Source: Heterodontus francisci
Lineage: Eukaryota
Length of the DNA stretch: 64,000 nt
Direction of reading: 5' to 3'
Assembly (NCBI RefSeq): GCF_036365525.1
Contig: NC_090416.1
Span: 14,480,945-14,544,944, forward strand
Position 1 is the first letter of the stretch; every line of letters begins with the position of its first letter. Shown here in pieces: positions 1-10,730 of the stretch. A program made the translations under genes and the position numbers. The notes beneath the pieces were generated by a model. It was not told the DNA's origin. It saw only the letters and a list, made by a program, of their open reading frames with translations, and searched no databases.

Positions 1-520
1 TGTTTCCTGTCACTCAACCAGCTTCATATCCATGCTGCTACTGTCCCTTTTATTCCATGGGCTCTAACTTTGCTGACAAGCCTGTTATGTGGCACTTCAT
101 CAAATGCCTTTTGGAACGACAACTTACATTTATATAGCACCTTTAACATAATTAAACATCCCAAGGTGCTTCACAGGAACATAAAACAAAATACAACACC
201 GAGCCACACAAGGAGACTGTTGATAACTTTGGATAACTCCACATAATCCTTAACATCCATCTGGACAGACCGAGGGATTTAACATTCCACCTGAAGGACC
301 GCACCTCCGACAGGGTAGCATTCTCTCAGTACTGCACTGGGAGGGGCAGCCGAGATTATGGGCTGTAACCCTGGAGTGGGGCTCGAGCCCGCGACCTCCT
401 GACTCAGACGAGAGAGAGAATACGACCCACCGAGCGCAACAAGGCTGCAGGGCGTCCGAGAAAAATTGAGATATTTAACTTGATTTGCCTCAAGGAGTCA
501 CAGAAAAGGCCGGTACTCAC

Positions 521-3500
521 ATAATGGGGCGAGAAGCGCCTATCGAATTCCCTCTGGGCCAGGATTCCACCCTGCCCTGGAGCACTTGTGTAACCCACCT
601 GCAGATAAAAGAGACACAAAGCTCATTGCAGGTAGTTAGCAGTCGCCCTCCTCCCTCCCCCAGCTCACAGCAACATGTTTAGAGTAAGCACGAGAGACTC
701 GATGGTGCAGGGTACGGAACAGACTTCAGTCAGCCTAACTCAGAATCACAGAATTGCTACAGCACAGAAGGCGACCCTTCGGCCCGTCCTGTCTGCACTG
801 GCTCTGTGAAGGAGTCATTTGCCTAGTGCCACTCCCCCCCACCCCCTCCCCGTAGCCCTGCACATTCTTCCTTTTCAGAGAACAATCCAATTCCCTCTTG
901 AATGCTTCCATTAAACCTGCCTCCACTACACTCCCAGGCAGTGCATTCCAAATCCTAACTCGCTGCGTGAAAATTTCTTTCTCATGTCATCGGTGTTTCT
1001 TTTGCCAATTACTTAAACCTGTGCCCTCTTCTTCGCAATCCTTTCACCACGGGGGAACAGCTTCCCCACCCCACCCCGCCCCATCTACCCTGTCCAGACC
1101 CCTCAAGATTTTGAATCAAATCTCCTCTCAACCATCTCCAAGTCCCAACTTCTCCAATCTATCCACGTAACTGAAGTTCCCTGGAATCGTTCTCATGATT
1201 CTTTTCTGCACCCTCTCTAATGCATTTAATTAACTGAGTTTAAATTCCCCAGCTGCCATGGAGCAGGGAGTGGTGGGGGGCAGGGATCTGAACTCATGTA
1301 CCTGGATTACTAGCCCTGTAACACTAACCATTACATTGCCACACCTCCTAGTCAACTAACTATATAGAGTGAGAGCAACTTTACGGCTTCTGATCTTCTG
1401 GGCTCTCTGAAGAACCAATGAAAAACCAGGCTCTTTTATGTTTTTCCCAGGTGTCAGACCTCACGACGTAGCTGTTCCCAAATCCTTTTGAAGGCAGTCC
1501 GTTCATGTCAACAGTTGTAGTTGTTGACTCCAAAGCTACTGTCCACAAATGAGAGATCCTGACAGAACAGTTCTTTAAAGAACAGGCTTTACTAACTGTT
1601 ATCTTGCGATACGATAGCTAATGGATCCCTCCACCTACTTTTGTTACGCTCGCCCCTAAAGTTGGACCTTAATCGCTCGTGGCTGACTTCAGTACTGTCT
1701 TAGTTCCTCACACAAGCACTTTTGTGTGTATAATACCTGGCACAAAGCATAAGACAAGCCAGGCTTTGCTCTCAAGACACTTTGAAGCCATGCTGTTGAT
1801 AATGGATCAGTTGCTTGACGATGTAAAGAAGTTTGATTATTTGCCCTCAACTCCCCAGGATGTCCAATCAATCCCACCCCCCCCCCCCACAACCAACCAA
1901 TCTACTCGATCATGAAAAACCCTCATGATCTTGAACACCTCTCCTTAACTTTCTTTGCTGCACAGACAACAATTCCAGCTTCTCTAATTTCACAGCGCTG
2001 GTATAATTCCAGTAAAATCTCCCGCGCGTCCTCTCCAAGGTCTTGACTGTCCCTCCCAAAGCGTGGTGCCCAGAACTGGACACCGTACTCCGGCTGACGC
2101 CTGCCCAGCGGTTCATAAAGTTTTAGCACAACTTCCAAACCCATTCGATCACTCACCACCACTTGACTCCCTTCCTGTGCGAGGTAGGAGATAGTGGCAG
2201 AGGTGAAGTTGAAATATCCGGCTTTCAGCGGTCGCAGCACCACCGTGTGGGTGACATTACTGGCACTGTGTAGAAAGTGAGTTAAGGAATCAGACACACA
2301 CACACACACACACAGTCCTAATTAAAAACTTTAAATATACTGGTTAGAAAACAGTTTCAATTTTCTCCTCTCATGCTGGGTCACTGTTGTAATGTCGGAA
2401 ACGCGGCAGCCAATTTGCGCACAGCAAGCTCCCACAAACAGCAATGTGATAATGACCCGCATCATCTGTTTTTAGTGATGTTGGTTGAGGGATAAATATT
2501 GGTCCCAGGACACCGGGGAGAACCTCTCTGCTCTTCCTCGAAATAGTGTCCGTGGGATCTTTTATGTCCACTTTAGAGGGCAGACGGGGTCTCGGTTTAT
2601 TGTTTTATCTGAAAGACTGCACCTCTGACTGTGCAGCAGTCCTTCAGTACTGCACCGGCGACTGTCAGCTTGGATTATCTGCTCAAAGTCACTGGAGTGA
2701 GACTCGAACCAACAGCCTACTTACTCAGAGGCGAGAGAGAGAGAGCTACCCAGATCGGACATCTGACTTGCAGGACACAAGCCAGTAGAACACCCAGAAC
2801 TACTCAATGAGATTATGGCTTCTGTGGCAGCCACAGTCCTGGGATTGAACCTGAAAGAGGTGGGATGGGTTTACAAGATGTATATTTACTAATGAAAGGA
2901 TACGGAGCGATCCGGTCCCATTTCACAGTCAACATTCCGGACACGATTCCGAAGTCCTCTGGTGGGAAGGAGTCATCGCTGAGCTCCACGTCTAGTGCAG
3001 CGCTAACAGGAACAGATACGACTGAGAAGTCAAGATAAACAGATGCAGAAGTCCGAAGCCGAACACACTTGCCCGCTAACCCCTCTAAAGTCCTTCAGCC
3101 AACCGTAACACCCAAACCCAAGCAGCGAGAGAAGAACTGCATTGCTGCAGCACCTTTCACATCATTGGGACGTCCCATGGTGCTTCACAGTGAAGTCCTT
3201 TCGAAATGCGGCCGATTTGCGCACAGCAAGATCCCACAATGTGATAATGACCAAATCATCTGTTTTTTTTAAGTGATGTTGGTTGAGAGATAAATATTGG
3301 CCCCAGGGCACCGGGGAAACACCCCCCAACTGCGCTTCTTCCAATAGCGGCCATAGGATCTTTTACATCCACCTGAGAAGGGCAGCTGGGGGGCCTCGGT
3401 TTAACATCTCACCTGAAAGCCGGCACCTCCGACAGTGCAGCACTCCCTCAGTACTGCCACTTGGAGTGTCGGCCTGGATTATGGGCTCAAGTCTCTGGAG

Positions 3501-3768
3501 TGGGGCTAGAACTCACAATCTTGTGACTCAGATTGGCAAGGCAGCTACCCACCGAGTCACGGCTGCCACGAGGCAACCTGCAGCATGGCAGGGTCATACA
3601 TGCATCCTACCTGGTACCGACGTTGTAGATGTTGTACTGCAGCGTCAGGTCCCGACCTTCCACCGCGTATTTATTCAACAGAGATTTGGAGGCCAAAAGC
3701 CTCGCTCCTTCATCACTGCTGACAGTGGCAAAGAGCACAACACACACACTGATCAGCAGCAATCTCAT
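521..3768 (-). CDS. SSR2: Translocon-associated protein beta (TRAP-beta); coding exons 3611-3768, 2904-3002, 2157-2265, 521-598; last coding exon lies left of the window
   Basis: Spliced translation [148 protein letters not shown] matches vertebrate SSR2. Splice sites and phases are all consistent. Confidence 0.97.
2266..2903 (-). other. U12-type (minor spliceosome) GT-AG intron in SSR2
   Basis: Donor GTATCCTTT (2903-2895); branch point TTCCTTAAC (2289-2281) about 14 nt from the acceptor AG; weak polypyrimidine tract. Confidence 0.9.
2378..2770 (-). mobile_element. Deu-domain SINE (SacSINE1-like)
   Basis: Same core as copies at about 120-420, 3135-3570, 9770-10200, 10945-11250, 21030-21230, 40400-40650, 43320-43670 and 51200-51470 (GCACAGCAAG.TCCCACAAACAGC, GTTGAGGGATAAATATTGG, GACAGTGCAGCACTCCCTCAGTACTG). 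Boundaries approximate. Confidence 0.8.
3135..3570 (-). mobile_element. Deu-domain SINE (SacSINE1-like)
   Basis: Shared core with 2378-2770. Confidence 0.8.
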
Positions 3769-4069
3769 CTGCGGAGGTAGGGGATTGGGGAACAAAAGAA
3801 AAATGAAGTTACATAAAGTCCACAGCTCAGAGACAGGCCATTCGGTCCAACTAAACTAGCACAGAATGGTTACAGCACAGGAGGCGCCATTCAGCCCATC
3901 AAGTCCGTGTCAGCTCTCTGCACGAGCAACTCGCCTCGTCCCACTTCCCCTGCCTTTTCCCCGTAGCCCTGCAAGTTTTTTTCCTCTTCAGATAATCTTT
4001 TGAAGGCCTCGACTGAATCTGCCCCCATGTCATGTTTGTGCTCCACACAAGCCTCCTTCCATCACCTCG

Positions 4070-4655
4070 CTGCGTTTGTATAGAGCCTGGGTGAGACCGC
4101 ACCTGGAATATTGTGTACAGTTTTGCTCTCCGTACCTAAGGAAGGATGTACGTGCCGTAGAGTGAGTGCAACGGAGGTTCACCAGACTAATCCCTGGGAT
4201 GGTGGGATTGTCCAATGAGGAGAGATTGAGGAGACTGGGGCCTGTATTCCCCAGAGTTTCGAAGAATGATCTCATTGAAACGTACAAAATTCTTTCAGGG
4301 GTCGACAGGGTTGATGCAGGAAGGATGTTTCCACTGGCTGGGGGGGGCGGTCTAGAACCAGGGGGACACAGTCTCAGTATAAGGGGCTGGCCATTTACAA
4401 TTGAGATGAGGAATGTCTTCACTCGAGAGAGTGGTGAATCTTTGGAATTCTCTACCCCAGAGGGCTGTGGAGGCTCAGTCATTGAGTATATTCAAGACAG
4501 TAATCGATAGATGTAAAGCTATTAAAGATACCAAGGGATATGGGAAGAGTGTGGGAAAATGGAGTTGCAGTCGATCAGCCACAATCTGGTTGAACGGTGG
4601 AGCAGACGCGAGGGGCCGAATGGCCTACTCCTGCTCCTATTTCCTATGTTTCTTT
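4070..4655 (+). mobile_element. CR1 LINE 3' fragment
   Basis: [30 protein letters not shown] and CR1 tail. Other decayed CR1 3' pieces at about 745-1225(-), 5150-5520(+), 5525-6090(-), 6950-7345(-), 19315-19660(+), 29400-29660(-), 35690-36250(+), 37670-37960(-), 47755-48680(-), 49480-50095(+). Confidence 0.85.
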
Positions 4656-6389
4656 GTACCTCCTCATCTAACCCCATCAACATAACCTTCTATTCTCCCC
4701 CCCCAACCCCCCCCCACCCCCCCGCATGCGCTTATCTTGCTTCCCCTAACATCTTTATAGCATCTGAACATATCGAAATATTTTTGGAGCGCAGTGACTA
4801 TTTAGCAATGAAACAGTTAAAGCAGTGACTGCTTCCTGCCACAACACACATCACAAGGAACAAACTTGCATGAATATAGTTTGTAGGAACAGCCCAGGTC
4901 TCCCATTTCCCATGCACATAACTTCCTTTGATTTTAAGTATGGGAGCACACACTAATATATTAATAGATACATTAGCACTAATAGAAACTGAATTATTTT
5001 CACAGTCACTTCATGCTAAATTGCCTATCCCCATTCTATCGGCCCATATTCACAGAATCCTACAGCACAGGAGGTGGTAATTCAGCCGATCGCACGTCTG
5101 AAGGCTCTTTGAAAGAACTAATTAATCCCAATCCTCTCCGCCAGAGCCCAGTTAGAGGTGTTCAAAATCACGAGGGGTCAGGACTGAGCAGATAGGGAGA
5201 AACTGTTCTGGTGGAAGGATCAAGAACCAGAGGGCACAGGTTTAAGATAACTGGGAAAAGCAGCAATAGCGACAGGCGGAAAAACGTATTGTACGCAGCG
5301 AGTGGTTAGGATCTGGAATACGCTGCCTGAGAGTGAGGTGGAAGCAGGTTCAATGAAGGCTTTCAAGAGGGAATTGGATTGTTATCTGAAAAGGAAGAAT
5401 GTGCAGGGCTACAGGGAGAAGGTGGGGGAGTGGCATTGGGTTAACTGCTCTTTCGGAGAGACAGCACAGACACAAAGAACGGAATGGCCTCCTTCTGTGC
5501 TATAACAATTCTGAGATTCTTTGAGCATTTATCCAATTTCTTTATGAAAGTTACTACTAAACATGCTTCCACCGCCTATTCAGGTGGCACATTTCAGATC
5601 GCAACAACTCACTGAGGGAAAAAAATGTTCTCCTCTTCCCCTCTGGTTCTTTTGCCAACTATCTTAAATCTATGCCCTCTAGACTGACCCACCACTACAA
5701 ACAGTTTCCCCTTATTTACTGTATCAAAACCCTTCCTCTATTAAATCTCCCCTTAACCTTCTCTACTCGGAGAGTAACCTCAGCTTCTCCAGTCTCTCCA
5801 CATTAACTGAAGTCTCTCATCCCGGGTACCATTCTAGTAAAATCACCTCCGCACCCTCTCCAAGGCCTTGACATCCTTCCTAAAAGGTGTGCAGAACTGG
5901 GGCACAATTACTCCAGTTGAGGGTGCACAGTGATTGATAAAAGGTACAGCACAACCTCCTTGCTTTTGTGGTCTATGGAGTGATCTATAAAGGCCAAGAT
6001 CCCATATGCTTTTACAAACTGCCCTACCACCTTCAAATATGTGTGAGAAATCCCCAGGCCTCTCTTGTTCTTGCACCCCCAATAGAATTTCTGCATTTGG
6101 TTCACACCGCCTCTCCCGTTCTTCCTTCCCAAATTGCCCCCTTATTGTCCCTGGAGAGCCACATCACGCCCTTCGACCCCTGACCCTTCACCCCCATTCT
6201 CCAGTGCCGACGTGTACGTCTTCTTGACATTCTCCCCCCTCGCAGGGGCCCGGTTAGTACAGGCAGCCCTGGGGAATCCCAGCCACCTTCTCCCCTGCCT
6301 CCAGTCGGAGAGACTCCATTAACATTAACGACAATCATCTGAAAGTGAATTAAACCGACAGCAGCTTTCTCCCCACTCCGCGTCCCTCA

Positions 6390-6850
6390 CTCACCCTGTC
6401 GAGCCGGAGGCAGCAGCGCATGCGCCAGGCTTGCCGTGCGTCGCGATCTGCGTGGTGACGTCGCTTGCTGACTGGAGGGCTGGGTTTGCTTTTTTTACTC
6501 CACAACAAAAATAAATCTCTCCCTCATACTTTCACAGAACGTGATCGCTTACCTGAAATACAGCACGGGAGGCAAAAAAAAAATTTATACAGGTCGCCGA
6601 ATGTACTTGGAGAGCGCAACCCGCGCCTCGGCGCATGCTCGGACGCGCAATGTTTTCTGGGAGATGGGGTTCGCCGCTGGGCTTGTCCCCGTGACGGGGC
6701 GCCGAAGGAGAAACTACATTTCCCGCAATGCATCGCGGTGCAAGGGGGGGGGGCTACGTCACGTGAGCCCTCGGACTACCAATAAGAAGGCTCCACGTCT
6801 CATCTGGGCTGGTGGGGGTCCGCCCCCCCTGTACGTCATCGTCTGGCGGG
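6390..6850. promoter_or_regulatory. CpG-rich SSR2 promoter and 5' non-coding exon(s) with NRF1, ZNF143 SBS, ERSE and CRE/UPRE-like motifs
   Basis: GCGCATGCGC 6416-6425; ACTACATTTCCCGCAATGCA 6713-6732; CCAAT-N9-CCACG 6779-6797; several TGACGT cores; candidate minus-strand donors at 6394 (GG|GTGAGT) and 6552 (CAG|GTAAGC). Confidence 0.8.
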
Positions 6851-8004
6851 TGGTTTGATTGACAGATGTGACAGACACATCATTTGCTGGAGCAGCATTG
6901 GTGGACAAGTCAGTATTGGCTGCCTGAGATGTATGCAAATTAGTCATTTATGGCACAGGAGGCCATTCGGCCCATCAGGTCCATGCTGGCTTCCTGTCGA
7001 GCAATCCAGTCAGTCCCATTCCCCCGCTGTATCCCCTAATAATGCCTGTCAAGTGACCATCCAATTTCCTTTTGAAATCTTTGTTCGTCTCCACTTCCAC
7101 CGCACTTGTGGGCAGCGATTTCCAGCTCATTACCACTCGCTGCATAACAAAAAGTTCTTCCTCACTCCCCACCCCCGCTGCATCTCTTGCCCAAAACCTT
7201 CAATCTGTGTCCCCGAGTCCTTGTACCATCAACTAATGGGAACAGCTCTGCTCTATATAAACCTGTCATAATCTTGTCCACCTCTATCAAATCTCCCCTC
7301 GATCTCCTCTGCTCCAGGGGGAACAGCCCCAGCTTCTCCAAACTACGGCCAGTCTCGTCTCTGCGAACGGCCGCAATGCGTCTTCATTTGGCTTGTGCAC
7401 CGGTTCATTGCGTGGCGCACGTGGGAAGCTGTGGGAAATATGAGGTAAACGGTTTCCCCACATTAAAGATCTTCCGTAACGGAGAGCTGTCCGGGCCCCC
7501 CCCCCACCCCCCCCCCCCCCCCCCCACGCCCCTGGGTAAGCAACACCTCAATTTTTCAAACCTTATCCTTATTTTCAAATCCCTCCACGGCCCTCGCACC
7601 CACCCCTCCCCTCGCTATCTCTGCAACCTTCCAAGATCTCTGCGCTCCTCCAAATTCTGGCCTCTTGCGCATCCCCCGATTTTCATCGCTCCACCATTGA
7701 TGGCCGTGCCTTCAGCTCTCTCTCTACTCTATCGAATCCTTCAACCGTTTTAAACGCCCCAAGTGCTTTCAGAGGCTGAGAGAAAGCTGCTACAGAAAAG
7801 CAGGTCCAGCCTCTTTCTCGGGGGGAGGTATACAATTCAGAATGGGAGCGATGTTTTGAGTTTCTTCTTAAATCCAGCACAGTCACGATGGACCGAAGGG
7901 CCTCCTTCTGTGCCGTATGATGCTATGAAATACGGTAAGACTCTGTCCTGCCTGTGCCAACAGTGCCTCAGGAGCAGAGATCACCAAGGCTACCAGTTCC
8001 CTGA

Positions 8005-8971
8005 GGAAGAGCAAAATACTGCAGATGCTGGAAATCCGAAATAAAAACAAAAAAGTGCTGGAAATACTCAGCAGGTCTGGCAGCATCTGTGGAGAGAGGA
8101 GCAGAGTTAATAAATGTGACGCTATCCACTTTGGTAGCAAAAACAGGAAGGCAGATTATTATCTGAACAGCTATAAACTGAGAGAGGGGGATATGCAGCG
8201 AGACCCGGGTGTTCTCGTACACCAGTCGCTGAAGGTAAGCATGTAGGTGCAACAGGCGGTAAAAAAGACAAATGGTTTGTTGGCCTTCATAGCGAGAGGA
8301 TTCGAGTACAGGAGCAGGGATGGCTTGCTGCAATTATACAGGGCCTTGGTGAGGCCACACCTGGAATATTGTGTGCAGTTTTGGTCTCCTTATCTGAGGA
8401 AGGATGTTCTTGCTATAGAGGGAGTGCAGCGAAGGTTTACCAGACTGATTCCTGGGATGGTGGGACTGACGTGTAAGGAGAGATTGAGTCGGTTAGGATT
8501 ATATTCACTGGAGTTCAGAAGAGTGAGGCGGGGGCGGGGGTGGGGGTGGGGATCTCATAGAAACCTATAAAGTTTTAACAGGACTTGACAGGGTAGATGC
8601 AGGAAGGATGTTCCCGATGGTGGGAGAGTCCAGAACCAGGGGTCATAGTCTAAGGATATGGGGTAAACCTTTCAGGATTGAGATGAGGAGAAATTACTTC
8701 ACCCAGAGAGTGGTGAGCCTGTGGAATTCACTACCACAGAAAGCAGTTGAGGCCAAAACATTGTATGTTTTCAAGAAGGAGTTAGATATAGCTCTTTGGT
8801 CTAAAGGGATCAAAGGGTATGGGGCGAAAGTGGGAACAGGTTACTGAGTTGGATGATCAGCCATGATCATAATGATTGGCGGAGCAGGATGACGGGCCGA
8901 ATGGCCTACTCCTGCTCCTATTTTCTATGTTTCTTTGTTACCGTTTCAGGTCAATGACCTTTCATCAGAAC
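8005..8971 (-). mobile_element. Penelope-derived short repeat with a minimal hammerhead motif, interrupted by a CR1 fragment
   Basis: 8005-8110 plus 8937-8971 rejoin across the CR1. The minus strand reads GTT-CTGATGA-A-AGGTC-ATT-GACCT-GAAA-CG, a hammerhead core with a 5-bp stem II. Confidence 0.55.
8111..8937 (+). mobile_element. CR1 LINE, 5'-truncated 3' fragment
   Basis: RT C-terminal motifs [19 protein letters not shown] and TRGHSL, FTQRVV..WNSLP; CR1 3' tail ending TTCTATGTTTCT; GTTAA/GTTAC flanks. Confidence 0.9.
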
Positions 8972-9159
8972 ACCACCATTTCAATCGTGAATTTTTCGTG
9001 TTTTAATTGCTGCCCCGGTGACGATCAAAAGTTTGGCTCTATTGTTCCTCCCTGCCCTTATCCCTTCCCTAAAAAAGAGCTGGCACAGGTGAGATGGGCT
9101 GAACAGCCTCTTGCACTGAACGATTGTATGATTCCTGAGAGAGTGAGTGTACTCGGAGT

Positions 9160-9216
9160 TCCTCCTGATGAGTGCAAGACGAACAGCTTCGACAACACGT
9201 CTCTATTTTCAGCAAT
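9160..9216 (+). ncRNA. Degenerate minimal type I hammerhead ribozyme motif (Penelope-type), copy 1
   Basis: CTGATGA-GT-GCAAG-AC-GAAC-AGCT-TC-GACAA; core GAAA mutated to GAAC. Confidence 0.5.
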
Positions 9217-9769
9217 GCTCAAAAGTTCTGTACGACTAAACGCCTATCTTTAATTTACGCAGGTTAATTTAAGTTACGCAGGTCCCCTGACCGTTTATTT
9301 TGTTCCTGCAGGAATGAAACAGTCTCTGCAGAGACTGCAGGGGTAAACTTGTTTTGTCGGGGGCAGAGGGGAGGCGGTGGTTAGGGTGGTGGGAACAGGG
9401 CAAAGAGGAATTTTCCGGCCACTTATGGGAACTGCGCCCACAGTAAGATGTCGGTTCTTTCGCTTCTGATACACATTGTCCTTTTTTTTAAAAATTCGTG
9501 TTCAAGGGGGGGCGGGGTGCCACGAAGTCGGTGATTTCCTGAACTACTTGAAGAAGGAATCGACAAACCCGCTAGTTATCACAGGAGAGAAAATGCGAGT
9601 GGAGAGGGGACTGTGAACAAGACAGGAGTACTGACATTGACACAGAACTGTACTAATACAAGGAAGTTGTAACCCAGCTATTAGGGTTGCTGCCTGATTA
9701 ACTGTAGCACTTCCGCACATACCTTCATTTTAATTAACCAAGATTAGCCGCAACTGATGAATGAATAAA

Positions 9770-10200
9770 AGACTTGCATTTCTATAGAGCCTTTCATGAC
9801 CTCAGGATGTCCCAGCCAATGAAGTACTTTTTTTGAAGTGTGGTCACTGTTGTAGTGTAGGCAACCCAGAAGCCAATTTGCGCACAGCATGATCCCACAA
9901 ACAGCAATGTGATACCGACCCAGATAATCCTGTTTCCGCGTAGTTGACTGAGGGATGAATATTGGCCCCAGAAATGGTGGTCGCGGGATCTTTTACGTCC
10001 GCCCATGAGGGCGGACGAGGCCTCGGTTTTATCGTCTCAATCTGAATACGGCACCTCTGACAGTGCGGCACTCCCTCAGTACTGCACCGGGAGTGTCAGC
10101 CTGAGATTTCCATTTGTGCTGCAGTCTCTTGGAGTGGGACGTGAACCCACCACACTCTGACTCGGTGGTGAGAGTGCTACCCAACTGCGCCAGGGCTGAC
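9770..10200 (-). mobile_element. Deu-domain SINE (SacSINE1-like)
   Basis: Near full-length copy with tRNA-like head near 10130-10200 and L2-like tail near 9770. Confidence 0.8.
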
Positions 10201-10672
10201 CAGCTTACAGCGATCGTTGAAATAAATGATCTCACGTAAAAGCTAAAACCGTATTTGAGCTGTCTTAATGGAAGACTTGCTTCCATCTCTGTCCTGATCC
10301 TACCTTGCCCCACCGTGCCCAGGATTTCCATCTCTCCCAAACCGCAGCCGAGTAAGTCAGGGAGATTTTACATCGCCACTTAGGCGAACACAGAAGTATT
10401 GTTTTTTAATGCAGTATTTCAGAGCAACTTGAGATGGAATTTACCTCTCGTCTCCCTCGCCTGCCACTTTTCCCCGCGACGTTTTGCTTCAATTTTGGTC
10501 CTAACACAATGCAAGTTTTAGTTGAACACTGGCAAGTCCCAACTAGTGTTATCCTCACTGCCTCATTTTGTACAGTTGTCTTGTTCCCTCAACTCTCCCC
10601 CTGCCCACCCACCCCACCCCCGCATGGATGAGAAACCTCGTCCTAATGGCCCAACAAAACACAGCACTAATT

Positions 10673-10730
10673 ATTGCTGAAAATAGAGACATATTGTCAA
10701 AGCTTTTCATCTTGCACTCATCAGGACAAA
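10673..10730 (-). ncRNA. Degenerate minimal type I hammerhead ribozyme motif (Penelope-type), copy 2
   Basis: Minus strand TTGTC-CTGATGA-GT-GCAAG-AT-GAAA-AGCT-TT-GACAA; stem I TTGTC/GACAA intact, palindromic AAGCTT stem III; shares about 20 nt of downstream sequence with copy 1. Confidence 0.6.

Larger units (their letters stand above)
7403..9616 (+). pseudogene. Remnant exons of a PDIA3 (ERp57)-like protein disulfide isomerase gene
   Basis: 7403-7498 encodes VHCVAHVGSCGKYEVNGFPTLKIFRNGELSG (cf. PDIA3 [31 protein letters not shown]) with a damaged acceptor (ACCG) and a truncated end. 9515-9616 encodes GCHEVGDFLNYLKKESTNPLVITGEK..L* (cf. PDIA3 last exon [26 protein letters not shown]). AATAAA at 9764-9769. 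No other exons found. Confidence 0.7.
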
